Counted from the first letter of the stretch, positions 9,434 through 20,383 are shown. The stretch is 64,000 bases of DNA from an uncultured Chitinophagaceae bacterium (GCA_964465185.1 CAYXKX010000001.1:16585-80584); one strand, 5' to 3'. A program made the numbers and translations. The notes: generated by a model from the letters alone, not told the origin.

Positions 9434-12400
9434 CTAAATATTTTTCTTTGAAAATGTCAAAATATGCTCTAATTTATCCTTAGCTTCAATACAGTTTTTG
9501 AATGTCGAAAATTCTAATATGATATGCTGATTGGTTTGTTTCATCGAAGAGCCAACAGGATATTGGGCTAGATAGGTCAAGATATTTCCGAAAATATCGG
9601 ATTGAAAAAAACTGGATTCTTGACTCTGAATAAGGTAGCATCGCATTTTTCCATTTTTAATAATAATTCGCTCTATCCCTAGCTGAGTAGCAATCCATTT
9701 AAGCCTAATGGCATCACAGATATCTTGTATTTGTGCAGGCAGCTTGCCGTATACATCTTTCAATTTGGACAAGTAACTGATCATTTCTTTCTCTGACTTT
9801 ATTTGATTCAATTCTCCATACACATTGAGTCGTTCTTGCGACCCAGTAATATATTTATCTGGAATATACATATCATAGTCCGTCTCTATTTGGCATTCTG
9901 TGACATAAACTTTCTCTTTTCTATCATCAGCATAGAGGTCTTTATAGTCTCCTTCCTTCAATTCGGTAATCGCCTCATCCAATATCTTCATAAAGGTATC
10001 ATATCCAATATCTGAAATAAAGCCGGACTGCTCTCCACCTAAAAGATTTCCTGCCCCCCGCAGATCTAAATCGCGCATAGCTATTTGAAATCCTGAACCT
10101 AGCTCCGCATTTTGTTCCATAGCGCTGAGTCGCTGTTTGGCTTCATTGGTGAGGGTGCTATAAGGTGGGGATAAAAGATAGCAGTAGGCCTTGCGGTCGC
10201 TCCTTCCTACGCGACCGCGTAACTGATGAAGATCACTTAACCCAAATTGATGTGCATTATTTATTATGATGGTATTGACATTAGAGATATCAATACCCGA
10301 TTCGATAATGTTGGTGCTAAGGAGCAAATCATACTTTTTAGCAATAAAGTCGATAAGTGTTTGCTCTATTACTTCGCCTTCCAGCTGTCCATGAGCCATA
10401 GCTATATCGATATTCGGTAAGATAGCCTGCAGCATTTCTTTCATTTGAAATAAGTCTTTAACCTTATTGTGCACAAAGAAAACCTGTCCTCCTCTCCCTA
10501 CTTCATTTTGTATAATCTCTTTCAAATAGTCTGGGTCGAAAACCGTTAGCTCTGTATAAACTGGTTGACGGTTTGGAGGAGGCGTTTGAATGAGACTATA
10601 ATCTCTGGCTCCCAATAATGAGAATTGGAGGGTTCTAGGTATAGGAGTGGCCGTCAGCGTCAAGGTATCTACATTCAATTTAAACTCTTTTAGTTTTTCC
10701 TTGACCTGCACACCAAATTTTTGTTCCTCATCAATAATCAATAACCCAAGATCCTTAAATTTCACACTCTTACCAACGATGGCGTGTGTTCCTATGAGAA
10801 TATCGACTTTGCCCGCTTCTAAGCGCTTTAAAATATCGTTCTTCTCTTTGGTTGATTTAAATCGGTTGATAAACTCAACATTACACGGCAAACCCTCTAA
10901 TCGGCGCTTAAAGGTGTTATCATGCTGAAAGGCCAATAAGGTTGTCGGCACTAGAACGGCTACCTGCTTTGAGTCCGCTACTGCTTTAAAGGCGGCACGA
11001 ATTGCTACCTCAGTTTTTCCAAAGCCCACGTCTCCACAAATAAGCCGATCCATAGGTATCTCCTTTTCCATATCTATTTTTACATCTTGTGTTGCTTTGG
11101 CTTGATCTGGGGTGTCTTCATATTCAAATGAGGATTCCAACTCTAGCTGTAAATAGGTGTCTGGAGAAAAAGCGAACCCCCTACTGGCTTTTCTTTTGGC
11201 ATATAGCTTGATGAGATCCTCGGCTATATCTTTAATTTTTTTCTTGGTCTTGCGCTTAGTATTTTCCCAAGTATCACTTCCCAAACGATGCATGCGAGGT
11301 TCCGTTCCTTCCTTGCCTACATATTTACTGATCTTATGTATAGAATTGATGTGAACGTATAGAATATCATTATTCGCATAGATGAGGCGAACGGCTTCTT
11401 GGATATGTCCACCCACTTCTAACTTCTCCAAACCTGAAAAGCGACCTACGCCATGGTCTATATGCGTCACATAATCTCCTGGGACTAACTCTTTAATGGA
11501 TTTTAGTAATTGTGTTTGCGCAGATACATTTGTCCGAGAGGTTTGAATATCTCGTTTTCTTCGTGCGAATATTTCATGAGTCGTGAAAACAGCGACTTTT
11601 TGTTTACTATCTATAAACCCCTTGGAAAACTCGTGATTCAGTTCTGTAAACACAACATCTTGACCTAGATCATGAAATATAGTTCTATAACGTTGGTGTT
11701 GATTTTCATCTTCGGATTGGATAAAAACGCTGTATTCATCTTTATTTAGCTGACATAAGACTTGATGAAGTTTATTAAAATTCTTATGAATTATAGGAGT
11801 CGATTGCACAAAATGACTTGTAGTCTCTTCTCCATGTATCAAGTCTATTCTTTTTGGTAGGGAATGGAAATCTGGAAAATGAGAGTCTATGGAAATATCT
11901 TCCATGTCCTCATGGAACTGATTTATCATATGATTTAACTCCCAGTTAAGCTTTTGAAAAAAATGTTGTTCTACCCAAAGATTATCTTCAGACCTCAGGA
12001 GCTGAAAGAAATGTTGGGTTTCCGTTTTACGGCTTCGTGCTATGAAGGATGGCGATGGGGAAATCACGGCCTCCTTTCTCAATAATAGAGAGAGTTGGGT
12101 TTCGATGTCAAACTCACGAATTTCTTCAACTTCTACATCAAACAACTCAATGCGTAAAGGATGCTCATAGGCATAAGAATATATATCTAAAATATTTCCC
12201 CTTATCGCATATTGACCGTGTTCATATACATAGTTGGTTCTCTCATATTCTGTCTCATCTAGGAAATTAATCCATTCATTCAGCCGCAATTCTTGTCCAG
12301 TTCTTATTTCTCTTTTGAGATCCGGAGAAATATTGATCAATATGTTTTCAACCAAGGAGGAAGGATAGGCGAGAATTATTGCTGACGTATTGTTTCTAAA

Positions 12401-12772
12401 AGATTCTACAACCTGGTGGCGGACTATTTGTCTGCTTCGTGCTCGTTCGAGCCTCTTATTCTTTATTGTAAATGAAGGCTCCAGAAAACTATAAGGTCCA
12501 CCTGGATCCAAGATAAGGAGGTCTTGATATAAATTTCTGGCATCCTCTTCTGTATTGAGAAAAAATAGGTGTCTGCCTGCATTTTTCTTTATGTTGTTTA
12601 AAAAGACTAACGCATCAAACGAAGTTTTTGACAAAGTGTATTCTTTCTTAAACTCCGAGCCAATAAGCTCTTCGCGCCCTATGACCTTAAAACTTAGATC
12701 ATACAGCTCAACCAATGGGTTCATCTTTGAAAATGATATTTCTTCAAATGTATTAGCAAATCTTAAAGCCAA
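9434..12772 (-). CDS. mfd: Transcription-repair coupling factor
   Basis: 1112 aa. CarD-like region (GDYVTHIDHGVGRF), superfamily-2 helicase motifs (GDVGFGKTEVA, DEEQKFGV) and a TRG-type C-terminus. The listed start is TTG; an ATG 16 codons downstream is also possible. Confidence 0.95.
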   Translation of the reverse strand: MALRFANTFEEISFSKMNPLVELYDLSFKVIGREELIGSEFKKEYTLSKTSFDALVFLNNIKKNAGRHLFFLNTEEDARNLYQDLLILDPGGPYSFLEPSFTIKNKRLERARSRQIVRHQVVESFRNNTSAIILAYPSSLVENILINISPDLKREIRTGQELRLNEWINFLDETEYERTNYVYEHGQYAIRGNILDIYSYAYEHPLRIELFDVEVEEIREFDIETQLSLLLRKEAVISPSPSFIARSRKTETQHFFQLLRSEDNLWVEQHFFQKLNWELNHMINQFHEDMEDISIDSHFPDFHSLPKRIDLIHGEETTSHFVQSTPIIHKNFNKLHQVLCQLNKDEYSVFIQSEDENQHQRYRTIFHDLGQDVVFTELNHEFSKGFIDSKQKVAVFTTHEIFARRKRDIQTSRTNVSAQTQLLKSIKELVPGDYVTHIDHGVGRFSGLEKLEVGGHIQEAVRLIYANNDILYVHINSIHKISKYVGKEGTEPRMHRLGSDTWENTKRKTKKKIKDIAEDLIKLYAKRKASRGFAFSPDTYLQLELESSFEYEDTPDQAKATQDVKIDMEKEIPMDRLICGDVGFGKTEVAIRAAFKAVADSKQVAVLVPTTLLAFQHDNTFKRRLEGLPCNVEFINRFKSTKEKNDILKRLEAGKVDILIGTHAIVGKSVKFKDLGLLIIDEEQKFGVQVKEKLKEFKLNVDTLTLTATPIPRTLQFSLLGARDYSLIQTPPPNRQPVYTELTVFDPDYLKEIIQNEVGRGGQVFFVHNKVKDLFQMKEMLQAILPNIDIAMAHGQLEGEVIEQTLIDFIAKKYDLLLSTNIIESGIDISNVNTIIINNAHQFGLSDLHQLRGRVGRSDRKAYCYLLSPPYSTLTNEAKQRLSAMEQNAELGSGFQIAMRDLDLRGAGNLLGGEQSGFISDIGYDTFMKILDEAITELKEGDYKDLYADDRKEKVYVTECQIETDYDMYIPDKYITGSQERLNVYGELNQIKSEKEMISYLSKLKDVYGKLPAQIQDICDAIRLKWIATQLGIERIIIKNGKMRCYLIQSQESSFFQSDIFGNILTYLAQYPVGSSMKQTNQHIILEFSTFKNCIEAKDKLEHILTFSKKNI

Positions 12773-12806
12773 TTTGCTTCCACAGAATTTCCTTTCTCTG
12801 CCCGCA

Positions 12807-14093
12807 CTAATTCATTAGGTCCTCAATTTCATCCGCTTCTATAGGACAGCTCTTCATCAAATCCAAAACCCCTTTAGAGGTAACTACAAGGTCATTTTCT
12901 ATTCTTATTCCCAAATTTTCGTCCCATATATAAATACCTGGCTCATTCGTAATCACTGCATTTTCTGGCATTTTTATGTAGTGATTTCCCACATCATGCA
13001 CATCTAAACCAAGAAAATGACCTAACCCATGAGGAAAATATTTTTTAAATAAAGGATTATTTGGGTCTTGATTTTTGACCTCATCTTTGTTTAAAAGGCC
13101 AATTTCAATCAACTTTTGCTCCATAATTTTCTTCCCCTCATTATTCCATTCAGTTAATGTAAGGCTAGTGTTCGCTATTTCTTTGGCGGCTTTGAATACG
13201 TCCAAAGAAGCATTATAAATTTGTTTTTGTCTCGATGAAAATCTCCCGCCAATTGGAATTGTTCTCGATAAATCAGAGGCGTAATTTGAATAAGAACATC
13301 CAAAATCCATTAGTAAAATTTCTCCGTTTACCAAGGGTCGATTATTATCGTTATAATGCAGAATGCAGGAGTTTTGACCACTTGCTATAATAGAATTGTA
13401 TGCCTGAATAGCTTGGTTTTTGTGAAACTCATAAAGAATGAATGCCTCCACCTCATGTTCTGACTTGAAGTTTTTCATTTCTTTTAAAAGGCGTACAAAG
13501 GTCTCTGTAGTAATATCCGCCGCTTTTTGCATGACCTCGATCTCCTCATTCGTTTTTGCCATACGCAAACTACCTAATATTGGAGCGCTTCTTTCATATT
13601 TGTGCGTAGGAAAATCTCTTTTTAAACTTCGAAGTTTACGTAAATCCATATAATCGCCATCATAGCTGGCCCGATCGTGCTCATTCAAATTTACATAAAC
13701 ATGCTCCGCATGATGCATCATCGTTTTTAGCATGCTTTCTGCACTCTTATTCCAGTTCACATTTGCTACACCCGATATAGTTTTAGCCTCTTCAATAGTA
13801 TATTTAAACCCCTCCCAAACTTTGATGTGCTCACTCGTTTCGCGGACAAATAAAACTTCTCTCCACAATGGGTTGGGAGCGTCAGGGTATAAGATTAAAA
13901 TAGTTTCTTCCTGATCTATACCAGAAAGATAAAAAGTATCAGGGTTTTGAAAAAATGAAAAATTCGCATCTGCAGACTTATGAAAGATATCTCCTGAATG
14001 AAATATGGCTATTGAATTTGGTTTGAGATACTTAATAAATTGATTTCTTCTTCCTTGAAAAAAGTCAGTAGATAAGGCTAATGTTCTTTTCAC
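12807..14093 (-). CDS. Xaa-Pro aminopeptidase (M24B family)
   Basis: M24 metal-ligand motifs (DFGCSYSNYASDLSRT, HGLGHFLGLDVHD, EPGIY..IRIEND). GTG start. Confidence 0.9.
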   Translation of the reverse strand: MKRTLALSTDFFQGRRNQFIKYLKPNSIAIFHSGDIFHKSADANFSFFQNPDTFYLSGIDQEETILILYPDAPNPLWREVLFVRETSEHIKVWEGFKYTIEEAKTISGVANVNWNKSAESMLKTMMHHAEHVYVNLNEHDRASYDGDYMDLRKLRSLKRDFPTHKYERSAPILGSLRMAKTNEEIEVMQKAADITTETFVRLLKEMKNFKSEHEVEAFILYEFHKNQAIQAYNSIIASGQNSCILHYNDNNRPLVNGEILLMDFGCSYSNYASDLSRTIPIGGRFSSRQKQIYNASLDVFKAAKEIANTSLTLTEWNNEGKKIMEQKLIEIGLLNKDEVKNQDPNNPLFKKYFPHGLGHFLGLDVHDVGNHYIKMPENAVITNEPGIYIWDENLGIRIENDLVVTSKGVLDLMKSCPIEADEIEDLMN

Positions 14094-14118
14094 TTTAAAT
14101 ATTTTTTATAAGCTATAG

Positions 14119-14150
14119 AAAAAAAAAGTCGGCCTATTGAGCCGACTTTT
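14119..14150 (-). terminator. Rho-independent terminator downstream of the beta-barrel gene
   Basis: Stem AAAAGTCGGC/GCCGACTTTT (14124..14133 pairs with 14141..14150) with a 7-nt loop. On the minus strand it is followed by a T-run, seen as an A-run on the plus strand. Confidence 0.6.
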
Positions 14151-14170
14151 GTATAAAAATTCTCTTTAAA

Positions 14171-14872
14171 TTAGAAATAAAAACTCATCAAAGCAACAAG
14201 ACTTAATCCTGTAAATTGATTCGTATTAGTAGAGAATCTATTATAAAACATTACTCTAGGAGCTAAACTAAAAGCCGCATAGCTATTTCCTTCAAACTTA
14301 GTTTTAATCCCAAATTCTGCTCTTGCACCTAAATTGAAGTTATCAAACGTATTGTTAACTTGATTAGAGCTCGCCGCAAAACTACCGAAAGGTACTATGG
14401 TAAAGTTGGATTCTGACCTCAATGTCACGCTATTGATCAAGGTAAAATTTGTGAAAAATCCTCTTGGAGATTCTTTGCCTAAATTGAATCCGAAACCTAT
14501 CGGAACTTCTAGTGCCGTAATCTGATCAAAAGATGTTTTGCTTTTCACTGATGGGTCGTTATTAATCCATCTTTCAAATCCACCTGAAGTAATGCCAACA
14601 CCTAAGATACCATACATTCGTTTTGTAAGATTTTTATTAACTTCAAATCCACCATTCATTCCAAATCGACCACCTTTCATTACAGAGTGCTCACCTTCGT
14701 ACATGAAATCCATAGAAGGGCCACCATAAATGCGCATGTTTAGTTTTTTGGTTACCGATAATGCGTCCTTGTCAGATATATTCTTTAATGAAGTTGGGTT
14801 GTCTTGGGCGCTCGCATTGAAAAACATTACCGTTGTGCCAGCTATCAGAAACAATTTAACTAGTTTATTCAT
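14171..14872 (-). CDS. Outer-membrane beta-barrel (porin-family) protein
   Basis: Signal peptide (MNKLVKLFLIAGTTVMFFNASAQ), alternating hydrophobic beta-strand pattern and C-terminal aromatic residue (..LMSFYF). Confidence 0.65.
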   Translation of the reverse strand: MNKLVKLFLIAGTTVMFFNASAQDNPTSLKNISDKDALSVTKKLNMRIYGGPSMDFMYEGEHSVMKGGRFGMNGGFEVNKNLTKRMYGILGVGITSGGFERWINNDPSVKSKTSFDQITALEVPIGFGFNLGKESPRGFFTNFTLINSVTLRSESNFTIVPFGSFAASSNQVNNTFDNFNLGARAEFGIKTKFEGNSYAAFSLAPRVMFYNRFSTNTNQFTGLSLVALMSFYF

Positions 14873-14933
14873 AATTCAGATTTTTAGATTTTTAGATTTT
14901 TGAACTAGGGCAAAGATATAAATTTTAGTAATA

Positions 14934-15965
14934 TTGTATAAAATAATTTGCAGGGTGTCTAATTTTAAACTTTTTATAGAACCAAGTTTTTCACGATCAG
15001 CGCATAAGATTGATTTAAAGGATAAGATATTTCTTCTAGGGTCATGTTTTTCTGAGAATGTTTCTCAACTTCTCAGCCAGCGCAAGTTTCAGATCATGTC
15101 GAATCCACATGGTATACTTTTCGATATTTTGTCTCTTGAGCGTTGTCTGTCAGAAATTTGGGTTAAAAAACGATATGATCAAGCCGAATTATTTCAGCAC
15201 CGTGAACTCTATGGAAGCTGGAATCATCATACTTCTTTTTCAGATACCAGACCCGATCAAACCATAAACGCCATTAACGATTCCATCTACAATGGCTTCG
15301 AATTCTTATCCCAAACGAAACATGTTATTCTAACCCTTGGCAGTGCTTTTTCCTATTTTCATATCAATGAAAAGAGATGGGTGGCTAATTGTCATAAAGT
15401 TCCACAAACCGAGTTTAAAAAAATACTCCTCCCTATTGAAGATATCCTAACTAGTTTACATAATATTTATGACCTACTATTGAAAATAAATCCAGAAATA
15501 AGGCTGACATTGACCATAAGCCCTGTCAGACACCTAAGAGATGGTGTTATCGAAAATAACCAAAGTAAAGCGCGGTTAATTGAAGCGGTTAACTTATTTA
15601 CCCAGAAACATTCTGATGTTTATTACTTCCCGTCCTACGAAATAGTCATAGATGTTTTAAGAGACTATCGATTCTATGATATAGACTATGCCCATCCTAA
15701 TTTCTTGGCAACCAATATAGTTTTTGACTACTTCAGGGATTTATGTATAGACCCAAAGGCTTATAAAGATATGGATAAATTCTATCATTTATATTTGGCA
15801 ATGAACCACAGAGCCAATCACAGTGAAACAACCGACCACTTCAATTTTTTACAATCGAATAAGTCACAAGTGGATGAATACATAAAAGTATACCCACATC
15901 TAGATTTTAGCCCCGAATTGAAGCATTTCTCCTCGGAATTGGAGAAATTAAAAATTCGGACGTAA
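14934..15965 (+). CDS. GSCFA-domain protein
   Basis: Family-defining motif LLGSCFSENV near the N-terminus. The listed start is TTG; a GTG at 14955 is an equally plausible start. Confidence 0.85.
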   Translation: MYKIICRVSNFKLFIEPSFSRSAHKIDLKDKIFLLGSCFSENVSQLLSQRKFQIMSNPHGILFDILSLERCLSEIWVKKRYDQAELFQHRELYGSWNHHTSFSDTRPDQTINAINDSIYNGFEFLSQTKHVILTLGSAFSYFHINEKRWVANCHKVPQTEFKKILLPIEDILTSLHNIYDLLLKINPEIRLTLTISPVRHLRDGVIENNQSKARLIEAVNLFTQKHSDVYYFPSYEIVIDVLRDYRFYDIDYAHPNFLATNIVFDYFRDLCIDPKAYKDMDKFYHLYLAMNHRANHSETTDHFNFLQSNKSQVDEYIKVYPHLDFSPELKHFSSELEKLKIRT

Positions 15966-16619
15966 GCTCTCTTTTGAATAGAATTTTTTGATTATATCCA
16001 TAGCCTCATCTGTACTATCTACTATTTCTAACAGATTTTCATCCCCTTCTGAAATATACTTATTCTCTTTCATCGTTTGAATAATCCATTCTTTCAATCC
16101 TCCCCAAAAATCTGAACCATATAGAATAACTGGAATTTTATTTATCTTATCGGTTTGAACCAAGGTAAGAACTTCAAAAAGCTCGTCCATCGTTCCCAAT
16201 CCTCCTGGGAAAATAATGAAGGCCTGGGCATATTTCACAAACATGACTTTGCGAACAAAAAAGAAATTATAATCTAATGATTTATCTATGTCTATGTATT
16301 CGTTAGGTTTTTGCTCATTTGGTAGGGTTATGTTCAAGCCTACTGATTTTCCTCCAGCCTCCTGCGCGCCTTTGTTGGCCGCTTCCATTATTCCAGGGCC
16401 ACCACCGGTTATGACGCCATAGCCCTCTTGAACTAATTTAGAAGCCATTCGCTCTGCCTTTTCATAGTATATCTCATCTGGTTTGGTTCGTGCGCTACCG
16501 AATATGGATATACATGGTCCAATCTTAGGCATTTTCTCAAATCCCTCCACAAACTCGCTCATAATCTTGAACATCAACCAGGATGACTCTGCCTTGACTT
16601 CACTCCAATTTTTTTCCAT
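15948..16619 (-). CDS. LOG-family (TIGR00730) nucleotide phosphoribohydrolase
   Basis: PGGxGTxxE motif (FPGGLGTMDELFE) and GGGPGIMEA motif. Confidence 0.9.
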   Translation of the reverse strand: MEKNWSEVKAESSWLMFKIMSEFVEGFEKMPKIGPCISIFGSARTKPDEIYYEKAERMASKLVQEGYGVITGGGPGIMEAANKGAQEAGGKSVGLNITLPNEQKPNEYIDIDKSLDYNFFFVRKVMFVKYAQAFIIFPGGLGTMDELFEVLTLVQTDKINKIPVILYGSDFWGGLKEWIIQTMKENKYISEGDENLLEIVDSTDEAMDIIKKFYSKESLRPNF

Positions 16620-16692
16620 TTTGTTATATTTCCTTTTTTAATTTAAATAACAGTCTATACTCTGTGTCAGGAATGACGTTTGCTGACTAAAA

Positions 16693-18954
16693 TCAATCTA
16701 CAATCTTCACCTTCGCATATTTCAGCATAATTTTCTTTATGTTTCCATTAAAGTCAATGGTGGCAATTTTCTTGTCGCCTTCGCCCGAAATTTCCGTTAT
16801 TTCCCCTTTTCCGAATTGAATGTGCAAAATTTCCATACCCGAAACAAGTTTGTCAGGGCTATCAGCCATAAAATTAGACGTATCTACGTTGGAGGCTAAA
16901 TTCACTTGCTTAATGGTCTTGACTAATGAATTTGGCTGGTATTGCAGCGTACGCTTTGCAAATGGGTTTTCGCCCAATTCTTGATTTGGCGTTCCTTTAA
17001 AATCGATAATTTCTGGAGGTAGTTCTTTTAAAAAGCGACTCGGTTCACTAGGGTTGATCTGTCCGAATTTATAACGACTCGTAGCAAAACTCAACATTAA
17101 ATGTGCCTCGGCACGCGTCACTGCCACATAAAATAATCTTCGCTCTTCTTCCAAGTCTTCCAACGTATAGCTTGAGCGCTGCGACGGAAAAAGATTTTCT
17201 TCCAAGCCCACAAGATATACAGATTTAAACTCTAGGCCCTTAGATGCATGAATAGTCATAAGTTTGACGGATGGTTGGTCCTCCGTTTGGGTATCACGAT
17301 CCGTCAAAAGAGTAACAGATTGTAAAAATGACCCTAGAGATTTATCTGACGCCATTTCTTCATTTTCAATAACTTCGTCATTTTCGACGAATTCTTTAAT
17401 TGAGTTCAGCAACTCTTGTAAGTTTTCATAGCGACTCAAACCTTCTACAGATTTATCAGCATATAAATCGCCTAAAAGTCCCGACTGCTTGGCTATTTCG
17501 GTGGCAACCTCGTGGGCATTTCGCTCATTTTGTACTTGCTGAGCCCGAATCATGGTATAGAATTTTTCTATAGCTTCTCCTGTTCTCCCAGTGACTACTT
17601 TGTTTTCGCTAATTTTCTCTATGACTTCCCATATTTTCATGTTGTTTACAGAAGCATAAACCACCAATTTCTGAAAACTCGTATCGCCTATGCCTCTCAA
17701 TGGATAATTAATAACCCGCTTAAGCGCTTCTTCATCGAAGGGATTCACAATAAGTTTAAGATAGGCTATTAAATCTTTCACCTCCTTTCGCTGATAAAAG
17801 GAAATTCCTCCGTAAATAATGTATGGAATGTTTTTTCTTCGAAGAGATTCTTCAAACGAACGAGATTGAGAATTGGTTCGATAAAGTATCGCCACATCAG
17901 CATAAGATATTTGTTTGGTCATACAAAGTAGAAAAATCTCTTCCACGATTTGTTTTCCCTCATCATTATCCGAAAATGTTTTTAACAATTTGATTTTTTC
18001 CCCTTGGCTATTGGATGTCCAAATTGTTTTATCGAGCTGATGTTGATTGTGTTTAATAATCTTATTTGCTGCATCTACGATGGTTTGGGTGCTACGATAG
18101 TTCTGTTCAAGTTTAAACACTTTGGTATCTGGATAGTCTTTCTGAAAGCTCAAAATATTGTCAATGCTCGCCCCTCTAAATGCATAGATACTTTGGCTAT
18201 CATCTCCCACCACACAGATATTCTGATAGACATCGCCTAGTTTCTTGATGATGGAATATTGAGCGAAATTGGTATCCTGAAACTCATCGACCATAATGAA
18301 CTGAAATTTGTGCTGAAATTCATATAGCACTTCAGGAAAACGCACGATTAATTCGTAGAATTTCAGCTGCAGGTCGTCAAAGTCCATAGCATTGTTCTTA
18401 AAGCATTTCTTTGAATAATTTCGAAACACATCTCCCATTCTGGGTCTATTGGCTTCCACATCTTCCGCTATCAAATCTTCATTGGTAGCATAGAGCCGAT
18501 GATTGATTAGGTTGTTCTTGAGGTTGGAAATTCTGCTATAAACATAGTTAGCCTTATACAAATCTTCATTTAAGCCCAGTTCTTTAACCACTGTTTTTAT
18601 AACCGATTTCGTATCATCCGAGTCATATATACTAAAATTATTGGTGTAGCCCAACATGGAAGCCTTGGTCCTCAATATTCTAGCAAAGACGGAGTGAAAT
18701 GTTCCCATAAAGAGGTTACGAGCTTCAGAGCCTATCAATTTCTCGATTCGCTCGCGCATTTCCTTACTCGCCTTATTGGTAAAAGTCAGTGCGAGAATAT
18801 TATACGACTGCACACCCTGCTCCATCATAAAGGCGATTCTATAAGTCAGAACGCGCGTCTTGCCCGAGCCTGGACCGGCATTGATCATTACTGGCCCCTC
18901 AAATTCCGTCACTGCTTGGCGCTGGATATCATTAAGTTCGTCTAAATAGTGCAC
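16693..18954 (-). CDS. ATP-dependent DNA helicase, UvrD/PcrA/Rep family
   Basis: Walker A GPGSGKTRVL, motifs VDEFQDTN and YRS.Q, and C-terminal VAVTRAE. GTG start. Confidence 0.9.
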   Translation of the reverse strand: MHYLDELNDIQRQAVTEFEGPVMINAGPGSGKTRVLTYRIAFMMEQGVQSYNILALTFTNKASKEMRERIEKLIGSEARNLFMGTFHSVFARILRTKASMLGYTNNFSIYDSDDTKSVIKTVVKELGLNEDLYKANYVYSRISNLKNNLINHRLYATNEDLIAEDVEANRPRMGDVFRNYSKKCFKNNAMDFDDLQLKFYELIVRFPEVLYEFQHKFQFIMVDEFQDTNFAQYSIIKKLGDVYQNICVVGDDSQSIYAFRGASIDNILSFQKDYPDTKVFKLEQNYRSTQTIVDAANKIIKHNQHQLDKTIWTSNSQGEKIKLLKTFSDNDEGKQIVEEIFLLCMTKQISYADVAILYRTNSQSRSFEESLRRKNIPYIIYGGISFYQRKEVKDLIAYLKLIVNPFDEEALKRVINYPLRGIGDTSFQKLVVYASVNNMKIWEVIEKISENKVVTGRTGEAIEKFYTMIRAQQVQNERNAHEVATEIAKQSGLLGDLYADKSVEGLSRYENLQELLNSIKEFVENDEVIENEEMASDKSLGSFLQSVTLLTDRDTQTEDQPSVKLMTIHASKGLEFKSVYLVGLEENLFPSQRSSYTLEDLEEERRLFYVAVTRAEAHLMLSFATSRYKFGQINPSEPSRFLKELPPEIIDFKGTPNQELGENPFAKRTLQYQPNSLVKTIKQVNLASNVDTSNFMADSPDKLVSGMEILHIQFGKGEITEISGEGDKKIATIDFNGNIKKIMLKYAKVKIVD

Positions 18955-19042
18955 TTCTTTTAATTATGAATTGTGAATTCTTAATTGTAAAAATAGGAGA
19001 AGTAAGCCAGGTTTGATAGGATTTTACTAACACTTAAGTAAA

Positions 19043-20383
19043 TTATAGTGCGTCTAATAATTGACTACTATCTATTGTCGCTTGCTGGCGTTGCTTTAAA
19101 TCCTTAATTGTGACTTGGTTAGTATTCAATTCATTTTCTCCAATAATAATGGCATAAGAATATCCTGCCTTGTCTGCATACGTGAGCTGCTTGTCCATTT
19201 TTGCTATGCTAGGATATAGATCTACCACTTTTCCTTTAGCTCTAACCTCACTTAACAATGAAAAATATTGACTTGTCGCTAGTTCTGTTAAATTCAGAAT
19301 GAGCGTCTTTTTTCCTTCTGCGTTTTCTGGAAATCTCTTCAATTCAGTCATCACATCATACACCCTATCTAAACCAAAGGAAATTCCTATACCCGACATG
19401 TCCTTTAAGCCAAAGAGTTCGGTCAAATCATCATAGCGTCCTCCTCCTCCTATGCTTCCATAGACCATTTCTGTTGAAACCATTTCTAGAACTGTGCCAG
19501 TATAATAGTCTAAGCCTCTGAGAAGTTTGAGGTCGAATTTTAAATTTTTGGACTTGGAGTGGGTAAAAATATAGTTGAGCTCTTCGAGGCCTTCTGCTAG
19601 TTTTGAATTTTGAGTTTTGAATTTTGAGTTAAGTTCATCAGGTGATTGGGCAGCCAAAACATATGTTAGTTTATCTTTAGCTTCATTACCTATTAGTTGT
19701 GATAGTTCTTCTTTTACTTTTTCTTCACCTATCTTATCCCATTTATCTAGAATGGTAGAAACAGGGGTTACTTGACTTTCTTCAATACCCACTTCTTCAC
19801 ATATTCCATTGTATATCTTACGGTTATTAATTTTTATCTCAACCTTTAGATTAAGTTCTTTAAAAACCGAATCTATTAAGGTAATCATTTCGACATCGCC
19901 GACTAAACCCTTAGAACCTACAATATCGGCATCGCATTGAAAGAATTCTTGATAGCGCCCTTTTTGAGGTCTATCGGCTCGCCAAACCGGACCAATCACA
20001 TAGCGCTTAAATGGAAAGGTCAATTCATTTTGATGCTGAGAAACAAATCTGGCTAATGGAACTGTGTGATCATAGCGAAGACCTTTGGAGGAGATTTCTT
20101 TAGTAAATTCTCCATAGTTGATGTTTCCCGATTTGGATTGATTGATTGCTGCTTCCGTTAAATATTCCCCTGAATTCAATATCTTAAACAATAATTTATC
20201 TCCTTCGTCGCCATATTTTCCCTGCAAAGTTTCTAGTTTTTCAAACACAGGATTATAAATAGAACTAAAACCATATAATTCATAATGTTTTTTAATTACA
20301 GAAATGATGTATTCTCGTCTCAGATTCTCTAGAGGCAAATAGTCTCGAACTCCCTTGGGGTTTTGTGGTTTAATTTTTAACAT
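19043..20383 (-). CDS. hisS: Histidine--tRNA ligase
   Basis: Class II aaRS motifs (RYDHTVPLARF, FFQCDADIVG, GGGRYD) and a C-terminal anticodon-binding domain. Confidence 0.95.
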   Translation of the reverse strand: MLKIKPQNPKGVRDYLPLENLRREYIISVIKKHYELYGFSSIYNPVFEKLETLQGKYGDEGDKLLFKILNSGEYLTEAAINQSKSGNINYGEFTKEISSKGLRYDHTVPLARFVSQHQNELTFPFKRYVIGPVWRADRPQKGRYQEFFQCDADIVGSKGLVGDVEMITLIDSVFKELNLKVEIKINNRKIYNGICEEVGIEESQVTPVSTILDKWDKIGEEKVKEELSQLIGNEAKDKLTYVLAAQSPDELNSKFKTQNSKLAEGLEELNYIFTHSKSKNLKFDLKLLRGLDYYTGTVLEMVSTEMVYGSIGGGGRYDDLTELFGLKDMSGIGISFGLDRVYDVMTELKRFPENAEGKKTLILNLTELATSQYFSLLSEVRAKGKVVDLYPSIAKMDKQLTYADKAGYSYAIIIGENELNTNQVTIKDLKQRQQATIDSSQLLDAL

